Below are positions 31,955-41,623 of a stretch of 64,000 nt of DNA, piece after piece. Every line of letters begins with the position of its first letter. Positions within the stretch are counted from its first letter, which is position 1. This stretch comes from Candidatus Bathyarchaeota archaeon (GTDB lineage: Archaea > Thermoproteota > Bathyarchaeia > Bathyarchaeales > Bathycorpusculaceae): NCBI GenBank assembly GCA_963707955.1, contig OY970176.1, positions 96,001-160,000 on the forward strand, in the 5' to 3' direction. The translations under genes and the position numbers were made by a program. The notes under the pieces are model-generated. The model was not told where the DNA came from and did not search any database. It was given only the letters and a program-made list of their open reading frames with translations.

Positions 31955-33046
31955 ATGAGGGAAGAACCCCGAGTTGTCGTGGTGGGAGCTGGAGCGATCG
32001 GGTCGTCAATCGCGGGCTGGATTGCGCCCAAGTATGGAAACTTGTCCTTGCTCGCACGCGGCGAGACTCTTGAGGTCATTAAGAACCGGGGACTGAAGTC
32101 TTACTTGAAAGGAGGGAGATTAACCGCAGCAGCGTTGCCTGTGCATGGCATAGGGTCGCTGGTCGAGATCGCACTGCCTGATGTCATCGTTATCACTGTG
32201 AAGAATTACGACCTTGACACCACCTCCCACGGCCTGAGGGCACATCTGGGAGATCATGAACCCATCGTCGTAGCTTTGCAGAACGGCGTCCAGAACCAGC
32301 AAGTTCTCCCCAGATACTTCGGCAGAGTAGTTTATGGCGTTGTCTGTTACAACGCTTGGCGGGATGGTCCTGGAGAAGTGGGACACGAGCCTCGGGGTTA
32401 TGTCATTCTGGGCACGCCTGCAAATGACCTACAAGACGAGGCGCAAGCGGTTGCGAGGATCTTTGGGTTGGGCTTGGACTGCGTGACCACGGATCGCTTG
32501 CAAGACGCAGTCCACTGTAAATTGGTGATCAACCTTGCGAATGCTTTGATGACGCTCGTGGGGTTTCAGAGGCGCCCAATCGGGTCCTTCAACCTCTTGG
32601 TGCGTATGACGTTGAAGCTGTTTTGGGAAGGCATCCAGCTTCTTCAAGCAGCCGGGTTCCATGAACACTCTCTAGGGCCGATTCCGTCGTGGAGATCCAT
32701 CAAGATGGGGGCCACGCTGCCAGCCTTCATGATGGGCGCCCTGTATAGGCTTAACACAAAAAGGCTCGGTCTGAACAGCATGGCTCAAGACGTTTTCGGA
32801 GGCAGGACTACCACGGAATTGGAAACGCTGAACGGGTACATGCTGGACCTTGCCCGGCGAGCGGGATTCTCCACACCGATTAACGAAACCATTTACGAGG
32901 TCGCGAAAGAGCGCTTTGGCCCGAATTTTCAGCCCATCTCTGAGCAGGAGTTGTGGGGTATGATTGAGCGAAAAGTGCGCCGGATGAAATCGAAGGGCAA
33001 CCTACAAAGCACAGCGCGATCTCTGCAGTCTTTAGCGTGCTTCTAA
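31955..33046 (+). CDS. Ketopantoate reductase (PanE/ApbA) family protein
   Basis: VVGAGAIG, TVKNYD, LQNG, KLVIN, SMAQD, TELETLNG. Confidence 0.88.
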   Translation: MREEPRVVVVGAGAIGSSIAGWIAPKYGNLSLLARGETLEVIKNRGLKSYLKGGRLTAAALPVHGIGSLVEIALPDVIVITVKNYDLDTTSHGLRAHLGDHEPIVVALQNGVQNQQVLPRYFGRVVYGVVCYNAWRDGPGEVGHEPRGYVILGTPANDLQDEAQAVARIFGLGLDCVTTDRLQDAVHCKLVINLANALMTLVGFQRRPIGSFNLLVRMTLKLFWEGIQLLQAAGFHEHSLGPIPSWRSIKMGATLPAFMMGALYRLNTKRLGLNSMAQDVFGGRTTTELETLNGYMLDLARRAGFSTPINETIYEVAKERFGPNFQPISEQELWGMIERKVRRMKSKGNLQSTARSLQSLACF

Positions 33047-33966
33047 CGGTTTTCCATTGCGTCTGCGATTATCAGATAGAAGGCTGCTAGTCCTTTCCAT
33101 TTTCCCCATTTCTCGGCGACTTTGCGAGCTTCTGTGCCTGAGATTTTTTTGTCGTGGCAGTAGTGGTGGGAAATGATTCTTCTCAAGCCCAGGTCATCAG
33201 CGGGGACAACGTCAAGCTTGCCCATTCCTCTGGCTATAGTGAGTTCAGCCGTCCAGACTCCTATTCCGCGTATCTTGTCGAGTTCGCTGATGATCTTTTG
33301 GGCATCATCGTAGCGTTTGAAACCCTCCAAGTCCAGCTTTCCGTCGGCAATCATCTTGGAAACCTCGTTGACGTACTCCGCTTTCTTCTGAGACAAGCCG
33401 CATCTGCGCAGTTGTTCAGGCTTTACAGAAGCCAGCTCCCGTGGCGTTGGATAAGCATAATACTCTTCGCCATCCAATCTGAGTGTCTTGCCGAAGGCTT
33501 TGACCAGTTTTGTCTCTAGAACGTGTGCTACGTTGAGCGAGATCTGCTGTTCGGTGATCGAGTCGATTAGAGCTTCAAAGACATTAGGCGTAGTAGGGAT
33601 TTTCAGCCCTCTCAACCTGTGGACGATGTGTGCAAGGACTTCGTCTTTCTTGGCGTGTTCGTAGAAGGGTTTGAGGTCCAAATCGATGTTAAGCAGGCCA
33701 CTCACCGTCTGTTTGGCGGCTGTTTTGTCGGCCTCCGATATGCTTTGATCTGATCTCAATTCAACTGATATTTTCGGGTCGTCTACGGTTCCTAACGCTT
33801 TCATGGTGGCGAGAATCAGCCTATCGTCGACTCGTACGATTTGCCAGAATTTTCCGTTTTCATACTTGCGGATGTTTCTGTCACCGTTAGAAAAGATGAT
33901 GGCGCTCAGGTTGAAATCAAAGGGTGGTGCGCACTTCAGAGTCAATGTTTCGGTGTGGGCCAACAT
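33043..33966 (-). CDS. alkA: DNA-3-methyladenine glycosylase II (AlkA, HhH-GPD)
   Basis: FEALI..I..QQIS, IRGIGVWTA, PADDLG. Confidence 0.9.
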   Translation of the reverse strand: MLAHTETLTLKCAPPFDFNLSAIIFSNGDRNIRKYENGKFWQIVRVDDRLILATMKALGTVDDPKISVELRSDQSISEADKTAAKQTVSGLLNIDLDLKPFYEHAKKDEVLAHIVHRLRGLKIPTTPNVFEALIDSITEQQISLNVAHVLETKLVKAFGKTLRLDGEEYYAYPTPRELASVKPEQLRRCGLSQKKAEYVNEVSKMIADGKLDLEGFKRYDDAQKIISELDKIRGIGVWTAELTIARGMGKLDVVPADDLGLRRIISHHYCHDKKISGTEARKVAEKWGKWKGLAAFYLIIADAMENR

Positions 33967-34081
33967 GGTTCTCCTGCGGAGATTTGCCTACTCTTTTCAG
34001 ATTCATGTTAAAAAGGCTGCCCCTAGGACGTTTTCGCGAGGCCGCAAGGCAAAAATCAGTGATTGGCTAACCTAATCAGTT

Positions 34082-34912
34082 ATGAGACCTGATTATCAAA
34101 TAGTGTTTCTCGGGACGGGTGGCGGCCGGTTTGTGACAATGACGCAGAGGCGACGCACTGCCGGTATTCGGATCATTGGTGATGGACTGAATTTACACTT
34201 GGACCCTGGTCCCGGGGCGCTTGTGCATTCGATAGAGGAAGGGCTTAGCCCTCAGCGTATCAACGCTGTGCTTGTTTCACATTGCCATCCGGACCATTAC
34301 ACCGATGCGGAGATGCTGATTGAAGCAATGACGAGAGGTATGACTCGAAGACAAGGCTTGCTTGCTGCGCCTAAGAGTGTTTTGGAGGGCAGCGACGCGT
34401 GTGAGGTTTCGATCTCCAGGTATCATCAGCAAATGGTCGGACAAAAAATAGAAGTGGCGCCAGGGCTGAAGTTCGAAGTTGGTAACATCACCGTCTCAAC
34501 TACTGAAGCGAGGCACACTGATCCTGACGCAGTCGGTTTCAGGTTTGAAACTGGGCTCGGGGATTTCGCCTACACGAGCGACACGGAATATTATGAAGGC
34601 ATAGCCAAATATTATCAGGGACTCCGTCTGTTGGCTCTGTGCGTCATGAGACCTTCAGGGAAACCTTGGAAGGGCCACATGTCCACAGAAGACGCGATAA
34701 GAATTGTTGATGAAACTCATCCTGAGCAGGCTGTCCTGACGCATCTTGGGATGAGCATGCTTCTTCGGGGACCCGAAAAAGAGGCAATGCTGATTCAGGA
34801 GAAGACAGGTGTTCCAGCAATCTCTGCGGTGGACGGCATGGTCGTTCTTTTCGGCGAAAGCATCAAGATGGAGACAGGAAAGGGTCAGAAGGACCTGACA
34901 GGTTTTTTGTGA
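34082..34912 (+). CDS. MBL-fold metallo-hydrolase
   Basis: FLGTGG, DPGPG, SHCHPDH, YTSDT, LTH. Confidence 0.9.
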   Translation: MRPDYQIVFLGTGGGRFVTMTQRRRTAGIRIIGDGLNLHLDPGPGALVHSIEEGLSPQRINAVLVSHCHPDHYTDAEMLIEAMTRGMTRRQGLLAAPKSVLEGSDACEVSISRYHQQMVGQKIEVAPGLKFEVGNITVSTTEARHTDPDAVGFRFETGLGDFAYTSDTEYYEGIAKYYQGLRLLALCVMRPSGKPWKGHMSTEDAIRIVDETHPEQAVLTHLGMSMLLRGPEKEAMLIQEKTGVPAISAVDGMVVLFGESIKMETGKGQKDLTGFL

Positions 34913-34946
34913 AGGATTTTTAACTCGCACCGCTTCATAGTTAGGC

Positions 34947-35639
34947 GTGAAGGATGTAAGGTCCATGCGAATCGTGCTGCGAATAGGCGGTTCCATCGTT
35001 GCTTCGCCAATTAACCCGGTCTTAATACGCGAGTACGCTAATCTCTTGAGGGAATTGAAAGCGCAGAAGCATGAGTTGGTCGTTGTTGTCGGCGGTGGAA
35101 ACTTGGCGAGAGAGTTGATTGCTGTTGCTAAGGACGTCGGACTTGACGAACCAGCTCAGGACGAAATCGGGATTTCCATCTCAAGAGCCTTCGCCCAGCT
35201 TCTCATGAAAAAACTGGGCACCCTTAGCTGTGAAAGGGTTCCGCTGACGGTGGAGGACGCTGCAGAATGTCTCGCTAAGGGAAAGGTCGCCATCATGGGT
35301 GGTTTGAAGCCCGGCATGACAACCGACACGGTTGCAGCGATGGTCGCCGAGAGAGTGAAAGCCGACCTGCTGCTGAAAGCAACGGATCAAGAAGGTGTCT
35401 ATGATAAAGACCCAAGGAACCACCCAGATGCGGTGAAGCTAGATCATCTGAGCTTTGAAGACTTGGCGAGAGTGTTCTCCCAAGGCAAGCACGCGGCTGG
35501 TATTCATCAGATAATCGACCCCGAAGCCGTCAAGATTCTGAAGCGTCATCACGTTAGGGTTGCAGTTGTCAACGGGTTCAAAATCGAGAATGTCTTAATG
35601 GTCATCAAAGGAAAACATGTTGGCACATTGATTGACTAG
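34947..35639 (+). CDS. pyrH: UMP kinase
   Basis: [26 protein letters not shown]. Confidence 0.93.
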   Translation: MKDVRSMRIVLRIGGSIVASPINPVLIREYANLLRELKAQKHELVVVVGGGNLARELIAVAKDVGLDEPAQDEIGISISRAFAQLLMKKLGTLSCERVPLTVEDAAECLAKGKVAIMGGLKPGMTTDTVAAMVAERVKADLLLKATDQEGVYDKDPRNHPDAVKLDHLSFEDLARVFSQGKHAAGIHQIIDPEAVKILKRHHVRVAVVNGFKIENVLMVIKGKHVGTLID

Positions 35640-35805
35640 GCAAAATTCCTGTTCTCTTTCCAACAGGCTTGGCCGTCACTGTTTATGAGTCTGCGTAGAG
35701 ATATCAGTGCGCATTCGGGGCTATCCGAAATGGCGACGCAAAAACTTAAGGCCGTAGAAGCGCTGAAAACCTGTGGAAGAGCTGTGCGCAGGAGGTTTCA
35801 AAGGT

Positions 35806-36258
35806 TTGAGTAGACTTTACCCGAACCGGCCGATTGTGGGCGTCGGCGCAATTATCATACAGAATGGTAAGATTCTGCTCGAGAAGAGGAAAAATGACCC
35901 AGGAAGGGGCAAGTGGAGCATTCCTGGGGGCTTAGTGGAACTGGGTGAAAGTCTCGAAGAGACCGTGATAAGAGAGGTCCAAGAAGAGACTGGCCTCGTG
36001 GTTGATGCGCCTAAACTTATCGATGTTGTCAGCCAAGCTACTTTAGACGAAAGCGGTAAGGTGAAGTATCACTTCGTAATAGTCGACTACCTCGTCAAGC
36101 TTAAGGGCGGAACGGTTAGAGCCGCAAGTGACGCTGCAGAACTTGAGTGGGTCCCGTTTGACGAAGTTGAACAGAAGGATCTTATAAGAAGTTTCAGAGG
36201 CTTTTTCGAGAAGAACAGGAAGAGACTAGAGAAGATGATTTCTTCTTCCGGAGAATGA
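35806..36258 (+). CDS. NUDIX hydrolase
   Basis: GGLVELGE...REVQEETG Nudix box; TTG start after GGAGG. Confidence 0.92.
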   Translation: MSRLYPNRPIVGVGAIIIQNGKILLEKRKNDPGRGKWSIPGGLVELGESLEETVIREVQEETGLVVDAPKLIDVVSQATLDESGKVKYHFVIVDYLVKLKGGTVRAASDAAELEWVPFDEVEQKDLIRSFRGFFEKNRKRLEKMISSSGE

Positions 36259-36291
36259 CCAATGCTTATGCGATGTGCGATCATTAGTCAA

Positions 36292-37743
36292 TCATTCGAA
36301 GAAAAGTCTCGTTTCTCCCATGGTTTTCACATCCATTGCTTTGATTTTAGCAACGATCGGAAAGTCTCTCACTGCTTTTCCGAGGACGAGACAATTGTGC
36401 GGTGGCAGGTCTCTGGCTATTGATCTCACCGTTTCTGCATCTACTCTCGAAGCTCTTGAAACGACGTCCAAATCATGCTCGTTCGTGAAGTTGAAGAGGA
36501 ATATGTTGTCTGCTTGACGATAGATGTTTTCCCTTATCGTGTCAGGTTGATTGGTTATGAATGTTGTGAAGATGCCGAAATGGCGCATGCGTGTGACGAT
36601 GTCGTCCCAATAAGTCTCACGTAAGTAGAGGTGGGCTTCTTCTGCGAAGAGGAACACCGCCTTGAGCTTCCAGTTCGTCAGGGATTCAACGAGTCTTCCA
36701 AGAATGTGCTCGACGACTATCTGCCGGTCAATCGTCGAAGTGTTCCGCAGGTTTATGACTATGGCACCACCTTCTTCTTTTGCCTTCAGCAAGGATTCTT
36801 CTAGTAAAGCGGCCTCAGCAAGGTTGTCTGTGAAAAAGCCCGAGTTTACTAACGTGTGGTATCGTGAGAACAGTGCGTCGCGAACGTGTTGGTTGCAGTT
36901 GCAATTACGTATCGCTTCTCCTAAGTCATGCAATGTCAGGCTGTCTCTCTGTTTCAGTTCTTTCCATATGTGTCTAAATTCACGAGCAGATGTGCCTGGG
37001 AGATGAAGCGCGTGAACAAGGATGCCGAGTAAGACGTGTAAGCTCATCTGTTTCAGGGCTACCTTGAAGTTTTGTGAAGGCGTTAAAACGTGTATCTTGT
37101 CATGGTTGGTGTTTCTTTTGCCTTCAGATGTTATCCCCAGGCTGAGGTACTCACCGTTCAAGTCGAAGACGACGACTGTGGCCTTGTAGCCCAGCAGGTT
37201 TATCATCAACAGCTTGGACAGGTGGGATTTGCCTGTTTCCTTTTTTCCTGTTATGATGTTCAGTCTTCCATCTAGTGATGTGGCGTCTATCGTTAGAAGT
37301 GAGGAGTCTTTCATGGCGCCCAGGACTATTGGGAGTTTTCCGCTTATCTTGGCGAGCTTGAGCAGTGTCGAGATCGGTAGTTTTTTTATTGTCGATTGTG
37401 AGCGTGAGGGAAGCCAAGAGCTACTCGGGTTCAAGCTGTCGTTCTCGACGGTTGCTCTGATCTTGCAGATGAGCAGGCTGGCGTCTTGAATGTAGGTGAT
37501 GTGTGGAGCAATTTCAAGAGGATCAATGTCCTCGCCTTGAAGCAGTTCTCCACCGTCTGGCAGACTGCGAAGAAGCTCTTCTAGGACGCCTGGAACTGCG
37601 GCAAATTGCACGTCGATTACCTGCGCGATCAGGGCTCTTCTTGCTTCTTCGTCTTGAACGAGCAAGTAATCTCCTTTTTCGACGGTTTCGTTCGGGAAAC
37701 TCAGAACGTAGATCGCATTGCCCTCTTTTTTGTAGAGCTTCAT
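36292..37743 (-). CDS. herA: HerA-family ATPase (DUF87)
   Basis: N-terminal barrel, GKKETGKS Walker A, FDLNGEY, FAEEAH Walker B, RMRHFG, TNQP. Confidence 0.85.
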   Translation of the reverse strand: MKLYKKEGNAIYVLSFPNETVEKGDYLLVQDEEARRALIAQVIDVQFAAVPGVLEELLRSLPDGGELLQGEDIDPLEIAPHITYIQDASLLICKIRATVENDSLNPSSSWLPSRSQSTIKKLPISTLLKLAKISGKLPIVLGAMKDSSLLTIDATSLDGRLNIITGKKETGKSHLSKLLMINLLGYKATVVVFDLNGEYLSLGITSEGKRNTNHDKIHVLTPSQNFKVALKQMSLHVLLGILVHALHLPGTSAREFRHIWKELKQRDSLTLHDLGEAIRNCNCNQHVRDALFSRYHTLVNSGFFTDNLAEAALLEESLLKAKEEGGAIVINLRNTSTIDRQIVVEHILGRLVESLTNWKLKAVFLFAEEAHLYLRETYWDDIVTRMRHFGIFTTFITNQPDTIRENIYRQADNIFLFNFTNEHDLDVVSRASRVDAETVRSIARDLPPHNCLVLGKAVRDFPIVAKIKAMDVKTMGETRLFFE

Positions 37744-37745
37744 GG

Positions 37746-38762
37746 TTAGCTCTCTCCTTTGCCGAAGGGTCCGAACAGAAGTTTGTGCATGTCTGGTCTG
37801 TTGATGATCTGAAGCCCGCATTTGCGCGTGATGAAGTGCTGCATTGCTAGCACTTCGTTGGCTGTGAATGTGCACAGGATGTGAGCTAACCGGAGGGTTT
37901 CAGGGTAGCTCTGCGAGATCAGGTCGTTGCCTAGTAGTCTCTCAACTGCTTCGACTCTCAGCTCGTGAGGAACCTCTGTGTCGATGTCGAGTCTGAAGGC
38001 ACAGTTTCCACTGCTTAACTTGGCAACGTAGACTTCTCCCAACGGAACCATTGGAGGCTTGAGTCTAAAACCGATGGTCTCAACCAGGTATGGAGGTCTT
38101 TGTTCGAACGTGAGATCTGTTATGAGGGAACCGTTGACTCTGAGGTTTGTCATTTTTGAAAAAGCCAAGATAACATTGCCTCTTTCCCTTCCGTCTTTCA
38201 GGATTTCTTTCATGCGACGTGTCGGCGTGTCTGCTGTTCCAGCGGTTAAGGAGCCGTCGAAAAGGATCAGTCCGTTGTTCAGGGTTTTTGTGAGCATCGC
38301 TTGTAACCATCTTTCGAGGAGGTTTGCTATTCGTGTCGGCATCTGCAAGAGGCTCGGCGCGCTTTGGTGGCCTGGTTCCCGTGTAGAAGCTAAATATGCT
38401 CTTTCCAGGGTGTTGTAGACTTCCCTTTTGTTTTCTTCCGTCACCTGAAAGATGAATGGGCCTATTCGAGTGTACCTGTAGTTTTCTCTCTGTTTCCAGA
38501 CATTTGCGCCTCTGACGGCTATCACTATTCCTGCGCATGTTTCGGCAATCTTCATGGTTGACGTGTCTACTGCTGCAACAACAGTTTGTTCATGTCGGGG
38601 TTTGAGGAGCATGGGTTCAAGTTTAAGCTTTAGTGTTTCAACGGTTTCCTCTGTGCTGACTTGTTGAATTAATTGCTCCTTTTGTTGAAAGTAGTGATTG
38701 TGTCGGTAACCTAACGAATATAAACTAAGTGTGGTGAACTGGTGTGGGAGCGTGGTGTCCAT
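37746..38762 (-). CDS. nurA: NurA-family nuclease
   Basis: VAAVDTS, ER, LFDGSL, SK, YPETLRLAH; directly upstream of herA; start uncertain (38762 or 38822). Confidence 0.85.
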   Translation of the reverse strand: MDTTLPHQFTTLSLYSLGYRHNHYFQQKEQLIQQVSTEETVETLKLKLEPMLLKPRHEQTVVAAVDTSTMKIAETCAGIVIAVRGANVWKQRENYRYTRIGPFIFQVTEENKREVYNTLERAYLASTREPGHQSAPSLLQMPTRIANLLERWLQAMLTKTLNNGLILFDGSLTAGTADTPTRRMKEILKDGRERGNVILAFSKMTNLRVNGSLITDLTFEQRPPYLVETIGFRLKPPMVPLGEVYVAKLSSGNCAFRLDIDTEVPHELRVEAVERLLGNDLISQSYPETLRLAHILCTFTANEVLAMQHFITRKCGLQIINRPDMHKLLFGPFGKGES

Positions 38763-38863
38763 TGCAGGTTGTGGAAAGTTATATTTTGGTGTTGTTGCAA
38801 TAGGGTATTGTGCAATCACCAAGATTCACCAATAGCCAATTGTTTGAGGAGGACATATTTAAG

Positions 38864-38890
38864 TGTTGTGCATGTACAAGATGTACAACA
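38864..38890. promoter_or_regulatory. Palindromic operator candidate between nurA and the divergent wHTH gene
   Basis: TGTTGTGCAT-N7-ATGTACAACA (9/10 inverted match) right after ATTTAA box. Confidence 0.5.
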
Positions 38891-38912
38891 CAATAAACAA
38901 CAAGGTGAGCCA

Positions 38913-39314
38913 TTGACGGAGACAGAAGCAAAACAGCCGATACGGTTAAAGATGAAGATAGGTGAAATAGAGTTCGAGATTGAGTGCCAAGAAGATCAGC
39001 TGCAGACAACCGTAGACAAGATTCTCTCAACTGTGACTGAGAGGTTGAGAGAAACTCCTCTAATGATGGAGAGGTCCGCCCAGCCGCCAAGGGCTGAAAC
39101 CTGCAAGGGCATAATTCAGAAACTGTGGGAGGAAGGCTGGTTCGCAGTTGCCAAGGGCCTAAGCGAGGTGCACAGCGAGTTGGCAAGACGGGGCTTCCAC
39201 TATGACCGGACCGCGGTCGCCCATGCCCTGATCGACTTGGTCAAGGACGGCGTCTTGACGAGAGAAGGAAAACCCCGCAGGTACCAATACGCTCAAAAAA
39301 GACCGGCTTCCTAA
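38913..39314 (+). CDS. Hypothetical protein, N-terminal beta-hairpin + C-terminal winged helix
   Basis: LKMKIGEIEFEIE; LWEEGWF...LSEV...ALIDLVKDGVLTR...RYQY; TTG after GGTGAG. Confidence 0.75.
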   Translation: MTETEAKQPIRLKMKIGEIEFEIECQEDQLQTTVDKILSTVTERLRETPLMMERSAQPPRAETCKGIIQKLWEEGWFAVAKGLSEVHSELARRGFHYDRTAVAHALIDLVKDGVLTREGKPRRYQYAQKRPAS

Positions 39315-39333
39315 ACGATCTGCAATTGTATTG

Positions 39334-39852
39334 CTAGGCTAGAATGCCAGTTCTTGCCTTGATTCTTGGTAGAATGTCTTTTTGAAGCTGAACTAGGCCA
39401 AAGGTTGTGATCTTGTAAGTGTCGTCAGGGGTTTTCGTCACCATCTCGTTTTTTACGAGTTCGCCCAATCGTGTGCTCGTTATTTTTGCGTCTTTTCCGA
39501 GTTTTGCTTGGAGTTCTTCCTTGGAAAGACCATCGACTTGGGTCTTGCCCATTCGGCGTCCCATATGATTAGCTAGAAGCAGCAAGGCGAGAGTCTCGTT
39601 GTCCGTCAACTTGTTTCTTGGCACGAGTATGTAGGGGCCCTCTTCTGCAAAGGCCAAGACTTTCTCGCTGTCCTTAGCTAGGGTTTTCAGGTCAACGCTT
39701 AACGTCAGTTTTCTTGCAATTTCAAACGAAGGAAGTAGCTCGCCAAAGAATTTGTTCAGTAGCAACCAAACTTCTTCTGGGTTCCCTGAGAGTGTTTTTT
39801 CAACGTCCTTGTACCTGATGTGAACCATCAAGCTGCTTGGTTCTTCACTCAA
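39334..39852 (-). CDS. Hypothetical winged-helix protein
   Basis: LSKEEL...TRLGELVKNEMV...YKITTFG. Confidence 0.75.
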   Translation of the reverse strand: MSEEPSSLMVHIRYKDVEKTLSGNPEEVWLLLNKFFGELLPSFEIARKLTLSVDLKTLAKDSEKVLAFAEEGPYILVPRNKLTDNETLALLLLANHMGRRMGKTQVDGLSKEELQAKLGKDAKITSTRLGELVKNEMVTKTPDDTYKITTFGLVQLQKDILPRIKARTGILA

Positions 39853-40319
39853 CCGATCTTACCCCTGAGCTTGGCTAGGACTTCGTTTTCAACCCATCTG
39901 TCGCCTTGAATCGTGAGCTTAAATTCAGGTCTGTTGGGATCTGGTTTGAACACTTGCCCTCGCTTCGTCATTTCGTTTAGTCGAGCTGGGACCATGCATT
40001 TTATTCCGCTTGACTCTAGAAGCTTCGTTGTCTGCGCCGCAGTGTTCTTCTTCCCTTCTGAAGCATACAATGTCAAGCCTATCGCTTCATAGTGTGTTAG
40101 GTTTTCGTGGGCTACTATTACAGGCCCCTCTGTTGTGGATTCAACGATACCTTTCAGTTGAACCCCTGACGGAATCAAACGGCTTGAGACAAGGTCAGAC
40201 ACTTTTTGCATGAAATTGTCTGGAAAGTTCTCGAGTATCTTGAGGACTTCTTGGGGGTTCTCGCCCTCAACTATGATTTCACCGAAGGGCGTTTTGATTC
40301 GTGCTTCAACCCTGTTCAT
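39849..40319 (-). CDS. Hypothetical winged-helix protein
   Basis: GEIIVEG; ARLNEMTKRGQV...FKLTIQG; 4-bp overlaps with both neighbours. Confidence 0.75.
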   Translation of the reverse strand: MNRVEARIKTPFGEIIVEGENPQEVLKILENFPDNFMQKVSDLVSSRLIPSGVQLKGIVESTTEGPVIVAHENLTHYEAIGLTLYASEGKKNTAAQTTKLLESSGIKCMVPARLNEMTKRGQVFKPDPNRPEFKLTIQGDRWVENEVLAKLRGKIG

Positions 40320-40816
40320 TCAGCGTCTCCTCGTGAACGTAGAGCTTCTTTTTCAGCGAGGATGTATACGTAGCCGGTGTTGGTGCTCCAACGTCTGATC
40401 TTTTCTTTCTTGACTAGCTCCATCAGGACCGCTGCGAGCGTGCGCACTGAGTGTTCCAGTTCATTTGCCTTTAATGCTTCGCTTAGCTCGTCGATCGTGC
40501 GTGGGCGCCACTTTCCCCAATCGGTTTCGAGAATTTTTAAGAGTGCCTCATCGAGTTTTGCCGTATACGATATCTGTGGGTATTGTTGGGATGGAGGTCT
40601 TTCTGCGTTGGGAGCCCCAGTCTTGACGGTTAGTGTTGCCACCTTCTTAGGTTTCACTTTTTCAAATGCCTTGTCGATGTCGCTTATCAGGCTCGGCAAG
40701 GCTTTCATCGTATCAAGAACTTGTTCGTAGGCCCCGGTGACCTCGACCTCATAGTCCCCCATCTTCACTCGAAGGGCAAAACTTCCACTGGTTTTTCTCG
40801 GTTTCTTCTGCTGCAA
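40316..40816 (-). CDS. Hypothetical winged-helix protein
   Basis: LRVKMGDYEVEVTG; RPRTIDEL...VLMELVKKEKIRR...YVY. Confidence 0.75.
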   Translation of the reverse strand: MQQKKPRKTSGSFALRVKMGDYEVEVTGAYEQVLDTMKALPSLISDIDKAFEKVKPKKVATLTVKTGAPNAERPPSQQYPQISYTAKLDEALLKILETDWGKWRPRTIDELSEALKANELEHSVRTLAAVLMELVKKEKIRRWSTNTGYVYILAEKEALRSRGDAE

Positions 40817-40974
40817 ACCTATCCCAAGATATAGGAAAGTGACAACTCCTTTTAGGATTTGCGCATTTGGACATGTTACGATTTTCGATATATGTTGCAG
40901 GTGGGAAGCATTGTATTAAATATTAAGATACAATAGTTGACGTTGTATCGCCTTCTCAAAGATGGTGAAAATCC

Positions 40975-41610
40975 TTGGCAAAGAAAGGGCTTTCCGTCTG
41001 GATCTTCAGCTCCCTGACGTTCGTATCGGTTGCGCACCTGATTGAGGCGATTTACGTTTTGGTTTCTGGAAGCGAAATCAAGCTTCTTAAGCTCTATCCC
41101 TTTGTCGGCGGGAGTTTGAGCGGTGTTTCGCCCGTTCTGTATCTATGGCTATCTGCTTTGGCGAGCTTGGTTTTTTGGGGGATGACATGTGCAATAGCTT
41201 TTGAGAACCCTATGGAAAAGCTCTTGAAGAAGGCGGTTGCAGACGCCAAGAAGCAGAGTGTTGCTGAGACCAAGGTGGTTGAAGATAAGAGTGAAATTCT
41301 CGATGCGATGTACGAAACGTTAGAGTCTAGCAGTGAGACTATCGCAAATGTTAAGGACATGATCTGCAACGTGAGGACAGAAGTGAAAGAAATTCAGCCC
41401 TTGGCGACGACCGTTGATCTGATCAGGCTAGAGTTGAACGACTTGGCGAAAGAAGTGGAAAAGCTCGAGGATAATGTGAAGTACTCTTATGTATGCTTGG
41501 CATGCGGAAAGCCTTTGTTGCCTGAATTCAAGATATGCCCATACTGTGGCGAGGATGCCAGACTGCTGAGGACTCCTGTCATAGCTGTGACTGATCAAAA
41601 GCAGAAGTAG
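40975..41610 (+). CDS. Membrane protein with coiled coil and C-terminal zinc ribbon
   Basis: Two TM segments, heptad region, CLACG...CPYCG. Confidence 0.75.
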   Translation: MAKKGLSVWIFSSLTFVSVAHLIEAIYVLVSGSEIKLLKLYPFVGGSLSGVSPVLYLWLSALASLVFWGMTCAIAFENPMEKLLKKAVADAKKQSVAETKVVEDKSEILDAMYETLESSSETIANVKDMICNVRTEVKEIQPLATTVDLIRLELNDLAKEVEKLEDNVKYSYVCLACGKPLLPEFKICPYCGEDARLLRTPVIAVTDQKQK

Positions 41611-41623
41611 GTTTCCATTGTTT

